Below, one piece after another: positions 40,927-50,997 of a stretch of DNA of 64,000 nucleotides (position 1 is the first letter of the stretch; each line of letters begins with the position of its first letter). A model generated the notes under the pieces. The model was not told where the DNA came from. It did no database searches and saw only the letters and a program-made list of their open reading frames with translations. The translations under genes were made by a program, and so were the position numbers. This stretch comes from Paenibacillus turpanensis (GTDB lineage Bacteria; Bacillota; Bacilli; Paenibacillales; YIM-B00363): positions 42,232 through 106,231 of the forward strand of contig NZ_WTLI01000007.1 in assembly GCF_011421635.1 (NCBI RefSeq). Reading direction: 5' to 3'.

Positions 40927-43569
40927 ATGAAAAGCAAAATGAAATCGGCATTGTCGATGCTTCTTAGTGCAGTGCTTGCAACAGGGATGCTTCTGACGTC
41001 TCTTGTATGGCTGCCGAATGAAGTCAAGGCAGCAGGCACGGGGACGGTGGAAGATCCGTTCATTATTACGACCGCAGAAGATCTGAATAATGTGCGCAAT
41101 GCACGGAGCGCCCATTACCGTCTTGGCAATGATATCGATCTGGGAGCGTATACCGATAACTGGCTGCCAATTGGAGAGCCGGGAGGAGGCAAGGATTTCG
41201 TCGGAACCTTCGACGGAGCCGGTTATGTTATCCGGGGACTGAAGGTCAATTCGACAAGCAACTTCGCCAGCTTGTTCGGCATCATTGGTACAAGCGGCCA
41301 TGTCCACAATGTCGGCTTACTGGATGTCCAAGTGTCCGGCAGCAACTATGTCGGTGGTCTTGCCGGAACGAGCAGCGGCACCGTCAGTGACAGTTATGTG
41401 TCCGGTGTCGTTAGTGGCACCGGCGATTACGTCGGCGGGTTGCTAGGGAGGAACTCCTACGCTGAAGTTACTGGGAGCTACGCCGTCGGAACCGTAACGG
41501 GAGGCAGCTATGTCGGCGGCCTAGTGGGGGCCAGTGAGGGGTATTATCCCGATTATCCGTTGATTGGCGAGAGCTATGCAACGGTAGACGTGACGGGGGC
41601 CGGGGATTATGTCGGCGGGTTGACAGGAACCAACAAAGGAGAAGTTCGCAACAGCTACGCGGTTGGCCATATAACGGGAAGTGGTTTGAATGTTGGCGGA
41701 GTGTTCGGCCGCAATGAATACAGTGTCAGCAACTCCTACTACGCCTACGATGTCGCGGGAATCGGTACAGATGAAAGCTATGGGGGAATGACGTCTGCGG
41801 CCATGAAGTCGCAAATCACCTTCTACGGGTGGGATTTCGCTAACATCTGGTCGATTAAAGAGGGACAAGACTACCCGAAGCTCAAGAAAATTTCAGGTGA
41901 AGGTGACCCGATTATGACGGGATCGGGCAAAGAAACCGATCCGTACATCATTAAGACGCCTGCACAATTGAGTTCCGTGAGGTACAGTATTCCCCACATT
42001 GTGACGCATTTTAAGTTAGGCAATGATATTGATCTTTCGGTTTATCCGAACTGGGAGCCGATTGCAGGTCAAGCAGATGAATCGTTCAACGGTAAGTTTG
42101 ATGGCGCCGGGTATGCGATTACCGGACTTACCATCGATTCCGGGCTGGAAAACGTCGGCTTATTCGGCAATATTCGCATGGACAGCACCATACGTAACGT
42201 TCGCCTGACCGGTGTTAATGTCAAGGGCACCCAAAATGTCGGCGCTATCGCCGGGCAGAATGCCGGGTACATCGTATACAGCTATGCGAGCGGCAGCGTG
42301 TCATTGGTTGGAAATGGGGTAAGCGGCAATGCGGGAGGATTGGTAGGGCGCCATTCCGCCGGCGGTTCACTTTCCGGCAACTACTCCGATGTCAATGTGG
42401 TCGGAACCGGCTTGGCCGGTGCGAATGCCGGCATTGGCGGTCTTGCCGGACATCTTGAAGGGCAAATCTTCAACGGCTATGCAACCGGCAGCGTCTCGGC
42501 GGATGCCGGGTACGTCGGCGGACTTGTTGGCAAGGGAAACGGTAGCATTAATTACGGATATGCAATCGGTTCGGTAAATGCGGGAAGTGGTGTTGCCGGT
42601 GGTCTGGCAGGAGATAGAAGCCAGATTTATGTCCACTCCAGCTATTACGATGCAATAACCACGGGAATGAGCGATTCGGATAAAGGTGCTCCGAAGACGA
42701 CGACGGAGATGCAAACACAATCGACTTTTACGGGTTGGGATTTCACTACAAATTGGTATATGAAACCTGAAAGCTACCCCAAGCTTCGTGCGTTCTTAAA
42801 GACCTATGCCGTTACCTATAACGGGAACGGCAGCACGTCCGGCTCGGCACCGGTTGACGCTAAGCAATACGAAGCCGGAGATCTGGCTGCCGTATTGGCT
42901 AAGCCAAGCACATTGACACGTGAGGGGTACTCGTTCGAGGGCTGGAACACAGCGGCCGACGGAAGCGGCACGACTTACCGTGCAGGGGACTCGATCAGCA
43001 TCGCCGGCGGTGTTACGCTGTATGCACAGTGGCAGTTTATCCGGACCTATACAATCGGCCAGTTGGAGAACCTGACGCTTGCGGAACTTACAGAAGAGTA
43101 TACTTCCGGTACGCAGGAAAAGAGGACCGTTACCGTTACGAAAACAGGTACGGAAGCTTTAACGAATTTGACGGCGACATTAAGCGGTGCAGGTGCAGGT
43201 AACTTTGAGCTTGAGGGTCCGGTACTATCCACGTTGGATAACGTAACGACCTCCACGACGTTTACCGTCAGGGCGAAAGATGCACTGCCTGCAGAAACCT
43301 ATACCGCGACGGTTACGGTGTCAGCAGACAACATGGCCGACGTGAGCTTTACCGTCAAGCAGATCGTCCAGTCAAACGTACTCAAGGGCGACGGTAATGA
43401 CGACGGTCTGATCACACCCGCGGATGCCTTGATGATTACGCAATACTTATCGGGGACGAGAACGCTGACCCCTAAGCAAATTCAGGCTTTGGACGTGAAT
43501 AACGATGGGACACTCAGCAGTCTGGATGTACAAATGATTATGGCGATTTACTTGGGGAGGGCAAGATAA
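40927..43569 (+). CDS. Secreted dockerin-bearing protein with GLUG repeats and a Listeria-Bacteroides (Flg_new) repeat
   Basis: Signal peptide with AAG cleavage region. Many GGLxG/GLUG-type repeats. Flg_new-like YAVTYNGNGSTSGSAP...EGYSFEGWNT...LYAQW. C-terminal type-I dockerin with two Ca-binding loops, DGNDDGLITPADA and DVNNDGTLSSLDV. Confidence 0.8.
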   Translation: MKSKMKSALSMLLSAVLATGMLLTSLVWLPNEVKAAGTGTVEDPFIITTAEDLNNVRNARSAHYRLGNDIDLGAYTDNWLPIGEPGGGKDFVGTFDGAGYVIRGLKVNSTSNFASLFGIIGTSGHVHNVGLLDVQVSGSNYVGGLAGTSSGTVSDSYVSGVVSGTGDYVGGLLGRNSYAEVTGSYAVGTVTGGSYVGGLVGASEGYYPDYPLIGESYATVDVTGAGDYVGGLTGTNKGEVRNSYAVGHITGSGLNVGGVFGRNEYSVSNSYYAYDVAGIGTDESYGGMTSAAMKSQITFYGWDFANIWSIKEGQDYPKLKKISGEGDPIMTGSGKETDPYIIKTPAQLSSVRYSIPHIVTHFKLGNDIDLSVYPNWEPIAGQADESFNGKFDGAGYAITGLTIDSGLENVGLFGNIRMDSTIRNVRLTGVNVKGTQNVGAIAGQNAGYIVYSYASGSVSLVGNGVSGNAGGLVGRHSAGGSLSGNYSDVNVVGTGLAGANAGIGGLAGHLEGQIFNGYATGSVSADAGYVGGLVGKGNGSINYGYAIGSVNAGSGVAGGLAGDRSQIYVHSSYYDAITTGMSDSDKGAPKTTTEMQTQSTFTGWDFTTNWYMKPESYPKLRAFLKTYAVTYNGNGSTSGSAPVDAKQYEAGDLAAVLAKPSTLTREGYSFEGWNTAADGSGTTYRAGDSISIAGGVTLYAQWQFIRTYTIGQLENLTLAELTEEYTSGTQEKRTVTVTKTGTEALTNLTATLSGAGAGNFELEGPVLSTLDNVTTSTTFTVRAKDALPAETYTATVTVSADNMADVSFTVKQIVQSNVLKGDGNDDGLITPADALMITQYLSGTRTLTPKQIQALDVNNDGTLSSLDVQMIMAIYLGRAR

Positions 43570-46500
43570 TGATGGTTCGCACGGATGGTATTACAAGCCG
43601 GTTGAAATTCGTGGTCTCGGTGTTTATGGCACTGATCTTGATGCTGGCTCCCTTCCTCTCCAGCGTCCAAGCGGCACCACAGGTATCCGTTGCGGTGGGA
43701 AGTGTATCGGGCGCACCAGGGGAGACGGTAGATGTAGCGGTAACCTTGGACCCGGGGGATGGTGTGTATAAGTATGCAATCGATATAGCCTATGATTCGA
43801 ACATCCTTGAACCTGTAGCGGTGAATCCGGTAACAGATAAAGCTTCATCAGCAATATTCACAGTGGATACAACGACAAGCGAGACCATTAAGGTATCTGC
43901 GGAAAGTTTTGGCGATATGGTATTCCTGATGGCCAAGCAAGAGATTTTTACTATCCATTTTAAAATAAAGGAGAGCGCAGGCGCTGTTGTATCCAATGTG
44001 AATGCTGTCTCCGGAACTTATACTCAAGATGACGAAACATGGCCCAGCATCACGCAATTCACTTCCGGGTCCGTCACGGTAACTCCTGTCCCGGAAACCA
44101 TCAACGTCGGAATTGGGACTGCGGCCGGAATTCCCGGAGGAACGGTGGATGTTCCGGTCTCCATACTGACAGCTTCGGGGGGCGCGGGCGCGTATGGCAT
44201 GCAGCTGAATTTTGACCCGAGTGCGCTTGAAGTGGTAAACATTTTAGGAAAATCCGGTAATTATTTCGATTTTACTTATGATAATATTGCAGGCGAGCTA
44301 AAAACGGCATGGGCAGATGGCGGCGGCGGTGATAATGCGGTTCAAGCGGGTTCTGAGCTGTTTACAGTCACTTTTAAGATTAAAGCCGATGCAGCATTGG
44401 GCGATAAGACGATTACTGTCATCAATCAAACGGATCCGCAGTACCTTACCTTTACGGATACCCGGCTCGTTGAGATGCAGAAAACCGTTACGGCCGGTAA
44501 GGTAACGGTTAATGCGCCGACGAATGCGGAAGCGCCGGTGATCTCGATGCAGCCGGAAGACCGTACGGTAAGCGTAGGTGGGACAGCTGACTTGGTTGCA
44601 GCGGCAACGGGCAGCGGAACGGTGAGCTATCAATGGTACAGCTATAGCACGAACGGCGGCACGCTGTTGACGGGCGAGACGAATGCAACCTTCTCCGCAC
44701 CGACCCAAACTGCGGGCACCACCTACTATTATGTAGTGATGACAAACACGGATAACAGCAAAACCGGCCAGAAGACAGCGACGGTAACGAGTAGAGTGGC
44801 AATGGTGACGGTCAACGAGCTGTCGAACGCGGAAGCGCCGGTGATCTCGATGCAGCCGGAAGACCGTACGGTAAGCGTAGGTGGGACAGCTGATCTGATT
44901 GCAGCAGCAACGGGCAGCGGAACGGTGAGCTACCAATGGTATAGCTATAGCACGAACGGCGGCACGCTGTTGGCGGGCGAGACGAATGCAACCCTCTCCG
45001 TGCCGACCCAAACAGCGGGCACCACCTATTATTATGTAGTGATAACGAACACGGATGACAGCAAAACCGGCCAGAAGACAGCGACGGTAACAAGTACAGT
45101 GGCTAAGGTGACGGTCAACGAGCTGTCGAACGCGGAAGCGCCGGTGATCTCGATGCAGCCGGAAGACCGGACGGTGATCATGGGCAGCCCGGCCAACTTG
45201 AGTGTTGCGGCAACCGGCACCGGCACACTGGGCTACCAATGGTACAGCCATACCATGAACAGCACGCTCGGTGGAGCATTGTTGGCTGGCGAGACGAGCA
45301 GCACCTTCTCCGCACCGACGACAGTGACAGGCGCTGTGTACTACTACGTTGTAGTGACCAACACTGACGTCAGCAAAACCGGCGAGAAGAGCGCATCGGT
45401 AACAAGTACTGCGGCTAAGGTGACGGTCAACGAGTTGATTAACGCGGAAGCGCCGGTCATTGTGACCCATCCGGAAGACCGGACGGTGAGCATAGACGGC
45501 CCAGCTAACTTGAGTGTTGCAGCAACTGGCAACGGTGTATTGAGCTACCAATGGTACAGCCAAGCCGTAAATAGCACGATCGGTGGAGCACTGTTGGCAG
45601 GCGAGATGAGCAGCACCTTCTCCGCACCGACGACAGTAACAGGTACAACGTATTACTACGTCACAGTAACCAACACGATTGATAGCTTGTTCGGCGTGAA
45701 GACTGCCTCGGTAACAAGTGCTGCGGCTAAAGTAACCGTCAATGAGCTGACAAACGCCGAAGCACCGACCATTGTGACCCAACCGGAAGACCGGACGGTG
45801 AGCACAGGCGGGTTAGCGGACTTGAGTGTTACAGCCACGGCCAGCGGTACGCTGAGTTACCAATGGTACAGCAACCTGGAGAACAGCACGATCGGCGGTA
45901 CGTTGTTGGCGGACGAGATAACCAAGACGTTCTTCGCGCCGACGACAGTGACCGGCACAACGTATTACTACTACGTTGTAGTGACCAACACCGACAATAG
46001 CAAAACCGGGGAAATCACAGCATCGGTGACAAGTGCTGCGGCAAAAGTAACCGTCAACGAACTGACAAACGCCGAAGCACCGACCATCGTGACCCAACCG
46101 GAAGACCGGTCGGTGAGTACAGGCAGCGCAGCCAACTTGAGTGTTGCAGCAACGGCCAGCGGAACGCTGACCTACCAATGGTACAGCAATACGGAGAACA
46201 GTACGGCTGGCGGCACACTGCTGACAGGCGCGACAAGCAGCACGTTCTCCGCTCCGACAAACGTAACAGGCACTGTGTACTACTATGTTGAAGTAACTAA
46301 TACGAACAACAGCATGACCGGTATGAAGACGGCAACGGCAACGAGCTCCGCAGCAAAGGTAACAGTAATGCAGTCACCTTCGTCTACATCGGAAACAAAC
46401 GATAACGCACCTTCTGCTGCGCCTTCCGCTGCACCTGCTGCCGTACCTAATACCAACACGGGTGTCGATGTACTGGTTAACGGCAAGGCGGAAAGTGCGG

Positions 46501-47708
46501 GTACTGCAGAAACAACCCAGGTTGACGATAAGAAAATGATTACCGTAAAAATCGATCAGCAAAAGCTGGAGGACAAACTGGCGGCTGAAGGCAGCGGTGC
46601 TATCGTAACCGTCCCTGTCCGCGCGGAATCCAACATTGTTGTTGGCGAACTGAACGGTCAAATGGTCAAAAATATGGAGAAGCAGCAAGCGAAGCTGGTC
46701 ATCCAAACGAACAAGGCTACCTACACCCTGCCGGCAGGTCAGATCAATATCGATGCCGTATCCGAACAGATTGGCAGTGCGGTATCTCTACAGGATATTA
46801 AGGTACAGATCAAAATTGCTGAACCTGCCGCTGATCAGGTTAAGCTTGTGCAGTCGGTTTCCAGGCAAGGGGAATTTGAAGTGGTTGTTCCGCCAATGGA
46901 TTTTACCGTCACCGGCAGATACGACGGAAAGACGGTCGATGTCACCAACTTCAACGCATATGTGGAACGGACCATGGCCCTTCCCCAAGGTGTTGACCCT
47001 AGCCAAGTAACCACAGGTGTCGTTATTGAGCCGGATGGCACGGCTCGTCATGTGCCTACACAAATCACAATGATTGCCGGCGCATATTACGCTAAGATTA
47101 ACAGCTTAACAAACAGTATCTATACCGTCATCTGGCACCCAACTTCATTTAAGGACGTTGAGAGCCATTGGGCAAAATCAGCAGTTAACGATATGGGCTC
47201 CCGGATGGTCATTAACGGCGTAGGGAATGAGGAGTTCAATCCAGATCAAGATATTACCCGTGCGGAGTTCGCCGCCATTATCGTTCGTGGATTGGGATTG
47301 AAGCTGGACAAGCATTCGAATCCATTCTCGGACGTAAAGTCGACGGATTGGTATAGCAACGTTATTAGTACGGCCTATTCGCATGAGCTGATTAACGGTT
47401 TTGAGGATGGTTCCTTCCGTCCGATGGAGAAGATTACTCGGGAACAGGCGATGGCGATTATCGCAAACGCAATGAAAATTACCGGGCTGAAAGCGAAGCT
47501 TTCAATGGAACAAAGCGGTGAGAGGCTGAATGCTTTCGCAGATGCCGACCAACTTTCGCAATGGGCAAAGGCTCATGCTGCTGATAGCTTGCAAGCGGGA
47601 ATTGTATCCGGCCGAAACGGCAATAAGCTTGCTCCGACAGCTAACATCACAAGAGCTGAAGTTGCGGTCCTGGTACAGCGATTGCTTCAAAAGTCTGAAC
47701 TGATCTAA
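43569..47708 (+). CDS. Cell-surface scaffoldin-like protein: 2 cohesin domains, 6 Ig-like repeats, linker, 3 SLH domains
   Basis: Signal peptide. Cohesin-like VAVGSVSGAPGETVDVAVTL and GIGTAAGIPGGTVDVPVSIL modules. Six about 102-aa YQWY Ig-like repeats. Three C-terminal SLH motifs (FKDVESHWAK..., FSDVKSTDWY..., FADADQLSQWAK...). ATG overlaps the upstream stop (TAATG). Confidence 0.8.
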   Translation: MMVRTDGITSRLKFVVSVFMALILMLAPFLSSVQAAPQVSVAVGSVSGAPGETVDVAVTLDPGDGVYKYAIDIAYDSNILEPVAVNPVTDKASSAIFTVDTTTSETIKVSAESFGDMVFLMAKQEIFTIHFKIKESAGAVVSNVNAVSGTYTQDDETWPSITQFTSGSVTVTPVPETINVGIGTAAGIPGGTVDVPVSILTASGGAGAYGMQLNFDPSALEVVNILGKSGNYFDFTYDNIAGELKTAWADGGGGDNAVQAGSELFTVTFKIKADAALGDKTITVINQTDPQYLTFTDTRLVEMQKTVTAGKVTVNAPTNAEAPVISMQPEDRTVSVGGTADLVAAATGSGTVSYQWYSYSTNGGTLLTGETNATFSAPTQTAGTTYYYVVMTNTDNSKTGQKTATVTSRVAMVTVNELSNAEAPVISMQPEDRTVSVGGTADLIAAATGSGTVSYQWYSYSTNGGTLLAGETNATLSVPTQTAGTTYYYVVITNTDDSKTGQKTATVTSTVAKVTVNELSNAEAPVISMQPEDRTVIMGSPANLSVAATGTGTLGYQWYSHTMNSTLGGALLAGETSSTFSAPTTVTGAVYYYVVVTNTDVSKTGEKSASVTSTAAKVTVNELINAEAPVIVTHPEDRTVSIDGPANLSVAATGNGVLSYQWYSQAVNSTIGGALLAGEMSSTFSAPTTVTGTTYYYVTVTNTIDSLFGVKTASVTSAAAKVTVNELTNAEAPTIVTQPEDRTVSTGGLADLSVTATASGTLSYQWYSNLENSTIGGTLLADEITKTFFAPTTVTGTTYYYYVVVTNTDNSKTGEITASVTSAAAKVTVNELTNAEAPTIVTQPEDRSVSTGSAANLSVAATASGTLTYQWYSNTENSTAGGTLLTGATSSTFSAPTNVTGTVYYYVEVTNTNNSMTGMKTATATSSAAKVTVMQSPSSTSETNDNAPSAAPSAAPAAVPNTNTGVDVLVNGKAESAGTAETTQVDDKKMITVKIDQQKLEDKLAAEGSGAIVTVPVRAESNIVVGELNGQMVKNMEKQQAKLVIQTNKATYTLPAGQINIDAVSEQIGSAVSLQDIKVQIKIAEPAADQVKLVQSVSRQGEFEVVVPPMDFTVTGRYDGKTVDVTNFNAYVERTMALPQGVDPSQVTTGVVIEPDGTARHVPTQITMIAGAYYAKINSLTNSIYTVIWHPTSFKDVESHWAKSAVNDMGSRMVINGVGNEEFNPDQDITRAEFAAIIVRGLGLKLDKHSNPFSDVKSTDWYSNVISTAYSHELINGFEDGSFRPMEKITREQAMAIIANAMKITGLKAKLSMEQSGERLNAFADADQLSQWAKAHAADSLQAGIVSGRNGNKLAPTANITRAEVAVLVQRLLQKSELI
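44512..46372 (+). repeat. Six tandem coding repeats of about 300-313 bp (Ig-like modules of the scaffoldin)
   Basis: Units begin near 44506, 44806, 45107, 45420, 45733 and 46037. Units 1-3 are almost identical at the DNA level, e.g. GTGACGGTCAACGAGCTGTCGAACGCGGAAGCGCCGGTGATCTCGATGCAGCCGGAAGACCG. Units 4-6 are progressively diverged. Confidence 0.85.
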
Positions 47709-47783
47709 ACGGTATAGTGATCTCAACCTGAAAGCCATCCGAATGGTTGTAGGGTTGAATCACTACATGGTCAAGAAGTTCCC

Positions 47784-47838
47784 AAAACACCTGCTTTTCC
47801 TCCACAATTGTTGGAGCGAAGCAGGTGTTTTTTTGTTT
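47784..47838 (+). terminator. Rho-independent terminator after the scaffoldin gene
   Basis: AAAACACCTGCTT-loop-AAGCAGGTGTTTT followed by a T-run. Confidence 0.5.
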
Positions 47839-47964
47839 TATAATAAATCGAGCGCCAGTGGACGCCCCCGCCGAAATCGACCACAAGGCTGTCCGCATTG
47901 ATTGAGCATCGGCAGCAGGATCAATTTTCTCCCCCTCAGCGTGCCTCTCCTTCAAATGGAATAA

Positions 47965-47990
47965 GAAAAAACGACCTTTGCAGGTCGCTC
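47965..47990 (-). terminator. Terminator for the lacI-family gene (minus strand)
   Basis: CGACCTttgcAGGTCG palindrome, followed on the minus strand by TTTTTTCTTATT. Confidence 0.45.
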
Positions 47991-48106
47991 CGTTTTAAAG
48001 CCTATTCGATATCCACGAGAAGGGAGGGCGTCACTGCCACGCACTAGCGTGATCCGATCCTCAGCCTGAAAAACTCCAGAACCATCAAGTCTTAACCGTT
48101 CATTTT

Positions 48107-49153
48107 CTACTTAACTTGAATCTCTCTGCATGAATCTCGGATCACCAAATGGGTGTCGATCCACATCTTACTTCTTACCTGCTCGCGCCCATCCGCACCG
48201 GCTATCAGCTTCGCAATGGCGAGTTCGGCGATTTTCAGCTTTTCGACGTGAACCGTGGTCAACTCAGGTGTAACGATCCTCGATTCCTGAATATTGTCAA
48301 AGCCAATAATCGAAATATCATCGGGAACACGGTACCCCATTTCATATAGCGATTTCATCGTGCTGATAGCAATGTAATCACACTCGCAGAAAAGAACGGT
48401 AGGCACATCATCTTCCAAGCGCATGAAGCTGTTTTTTAACTCTTCCTGCGAAGAGACGACCGTCGGTGAAACCGTAAAAGTATATTTTTCCGGTAAGTGG
48501 ACTCCCTCTTCCGAAAGGGCTTGCAGAAAGCCTTGCTTGCGGGAGTCGAAGTTGTACATTCGCGAGTTGGACTGCACGTAGCCGATTTGGCGGTGGCCGA
48601 GATCGAGCAGGTATTTTCCTGCTTGATAGGCGCCCATTTTGTTATTCATTACGATGAAATTGGCATCCATCGTCTCTATGCATGTATCGATCACGACTAA
48701 GTTCGGTTGCTTGCGCTCCACCATTTCAATCTGCTGACGGCTTAAATTCGTGCCAAGAAGCAGGATGCCATTTGATTTATGCTCCGTCTCCAATTCTTCA
48801 ACAGTCTGTTCAAACTGATCGTAAGGAACTGAGGAGAAGAACAGCGAGTACCCGTTGGCCCGACACTGCTCCTCGATATGGTGAATGAGCTCCATGAAAA
48901 AGGGCTGCTGATAAAAATGGTCCGAGACAATACCAGAATTGGTGCAGGCAACAAAGCGGAGAGTTCGGCTCAAACCATACACTTGATCAGCTTTGACCAT
49001 AGCACGGGGCAAATAACCGGTTTCCTTCACGATAGCCAATATTTTCGCACGCGTTTCATCGCTAATTCCCGGTTTGCCGCTAAGGGCTAAGGATACGGCG
49101 GCTTTGGATACATTGGCCATTTTGGCGATATCGGTCATTTTCACAATGTGCAC
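48107..49153 (-). CDS. LacI-family transcriptional regulator
   Basis: N-terminal HTH (DIAKMANVSKAAVSLALSG) plus a periplasmic-binding-protein-like sugar-binding domain. The true start is possibly the internal M at about 49138. Confidence 0.85.
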   Translation of the reverse strand: MHIVKMTDIAKMANVSKAAVSLALSGKPGISDETRAKILAIVKETGYLPRAMVKADQVYGLSRTLRFVACTNSGIVSDHFYQQPFFMELIHHIEEQCRANGYSLFFSSVPYDQFEQTVEELETEHKSNGILLLGTNLSRQQIEMVERKQPNLVVIDTCIETMDANFIVMNNKMGAYQAGKYLLDLGHRQIGYVQSNSRMYNFDSRKQGFLQALSEEGVHLPEKYTFTVSPTVVSSQEELKNSFMRLEDDVPTVLFCECDYIAISTMKSLYEMGYRVPDDISIIGFDNIQESRIVTPELTTVHVEKLKIAELAIAKLIAGADGREQVRSKMWIDTHLVIRDSCREIQVK

Positions 49154-49546
49154 CTCGAAACAATACTAAAATATTTAAGTTATAAGTTTACAACGCGGTT
49201 TAGGATTATACAAGTAAATCTTATAGGGCGTAAAAAAGCACAGGGCGCGAAGCCTATTATGACTATAACATGTTAGGGGTCTTACCGATTATATAAAAAA
49301 GTTTAGTTATAATGCGCGAAACATATAAACAAATTTATTAAAACCATTGACCGCACGCCGATTCTGGTGATATGATCCAAGTGAATACGACAAGTCTATG
49401 AATTTAACTAAAAAAGTTTAGTGACAGGTTGCTGTACTGCTTCTGAATCGATAAATCGGAAGCGCCCTCTGCTCACTGGCACATTTCTTTTGATGGACCC
49501 CATGCGTTCAGATGGAACCCTAACCACGATAATGGAGGATGCGGAG

Positions 49547-50779
49547 ATGAAAGCGCTTAAACTCGGTTATGCACCAACCCGCAGATTTGTATTCAGTGCG
49601 GAGGATGCGTTTACCTACAAGGTCAAGATCAGGGAGAAAATCGAAAGCTTCGGTCTCGACATCGATATTGTCGATCTCGAAGGATTGAACAGCGAAGGGC
49701 TCTTATACGACGACCATGTCAATGCGGAGGAAATTGTGGAACGGTTTAAGCGGGAGAATGTGGACGCTGTATTTTTCCCGCACTGCAATTTCGGTACGGA
49801 GGATACGGTTGCCCGTGTAGGAAAGGCGCTCGGTAAACCGGTGCTGCTGTGGGGGCCGCGCGACGAATCGCCGCTGCAGGATGGCATGCGCCTGCGCGAC
49901 ACGCAGTGCGGCTTGTTCGCTACGGGGAAAGTGCTGCGCCGCTTCAACGTACCTTTCACCTACGTGACCAACTGCCGGGTGAATGATCCGGTATTCGAGC
50001 GGGGCTTCGCCAACTTTATTGCCGCAGCCAACGTGGTGCGTCATTTCCGCAGCTTGCGGATTTTGCAAATCGGTCCTCGGCCGGCCTCGTTCTGGACGAT
50101 GATGTGCAACGAAGGCGAGCTGTTGGAGCGGTTCGGCATCGAGCTTCATCCGATTACCCTAATCGACATTCAACGGGCGTCGAAGCAGATCGAGAAAGGG
50201 AACGGCGACGCCCTGCAAGAAGCAATCGAATATATAAAGGCAAAACTGGACTATTCCGAAGTGACCGAGGACGACATTCGGAGAATCGCCGCCCTGAAGG
50301 TCGCCATGAAGCAGTATGCCGTACAAACTGGCAGCACTGCGATCGCCATTCAATGCTGGTCGTCGCTGCAGGAGGTTATGGGCATCATGCCTTGTCTCGC
50401 CAATGCCATTCTTACCGACGAACAAATTCCGGTTACCTGTGAAACCGACATTCACGGTGCCATCACTTCGATCATGGTACAGGCTGCAGCGATGAATCAG
50501 GCCCCGACGTTTTTCGCCGATTTGACGATCCGTCATCCCGAGAATGAAAACGGGGAGCTGCTGTTTCACTGCGGCAATTTTCCCGTGTCGCTAAGCGAGG
50601 AGAACAAGCCGAAGCTGCGCAAGCATTTTCTGTTTGACGATCATTCTCCCGGTACACACGAGGGGAAAATTAAGGGTGGAAGCATGACACTCGCCCGCTT
50701 CGACGGAGACCATGGTGAATACCAGTTATTTCTTGGCCGCGCCCGCGGTATTGAAGGGCCTTATACCCGAGGCTCCTAA
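49547..50779 (+). CDS. L-fucose/L-arabinose isomerase-like protein, interrupted by an in-frame TAA (C-terminal 67 codons continue to 50980)
   Basis: FucI_C-like domain. GGAGG RBS before the ATG at 49547. ORF 50786..50980 is in the same frame, separated only by TAA at 50777-50779, and has protein-like composition. The gene is either a nonsense pseudogene or a base-call error. Confidence 0.6.
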   Translation: MKALKLGYAPTRRFVFSAEDAFTYKVKIREKIESFGLDIDIVDLEGLNSEGLLYDDHVNAEEIVERFKRENVDAVFFPHCNFGTEDTVARVGKALGKPVLLWGPRDESPLQDGMRLRDTQCGLFATGKVLRRFNVPFTYVTNCRVNDPVFERGFANFIAAANVVRHFRSLRILQIGPRPASFWTMMCNEGELLERFGIELHPITLIDIQRASKQIEKGNGDALQEAIEYIKAKLDYSEVTEDDIRRIAALKVAMKQYAVQTGSTAIAIQCWSSLQEVMGIMPCLANAILTDEQIPVTCETDIHGAITSIMVQAAAMNQAPTFFADLTIRHPENENGELLFHCGNFPVSLSEENKPKLRKHFLFDDHSPGTHEGKIKGGSMTLARFDGDHGEYQLFLGRARGIEGPYTRGS

Positions 50780-50997
50780 GTATGGGTGGAAGTAAACGAC
50801 TGGCCGTTATGGGAAGAAAAACTGGTGAGAGGGCCATACGTACATCACGCCGTCGGGATTCATGCGAATGTGATTCCGGCGCTGTATGAGGCATGCCGCT
50901 ACATTCCGGGGCTTACTCCCGATCCGGTGGACCCCGATGAGCGGGAAATTCAAGCCTGGCTTCGTGGCGGAGCACTTTAGTGGAGGGGGAGAGTGTC

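Noticed and set aside
44298-46486. 494-aa and several about 60-120-aa minus-strand ORFs across the scaffoldin repeat region, and the repeat array as a possible CRISPR
   Set aside because: The repeats are 300-bp in-frame coding modules (Ig-like domains), not short repeats with unique spacers. The antisense ORFs are repeat-induced artefacts, Cys/Arg-rich.
50786-50980. 64-aa ORF annotated as an independent small gene
   Set aside because: It is in the same frame as the upstream isomerase-like gene and separated only by one TAA. It is treated as that gene's C-terminus, not a separate gene.
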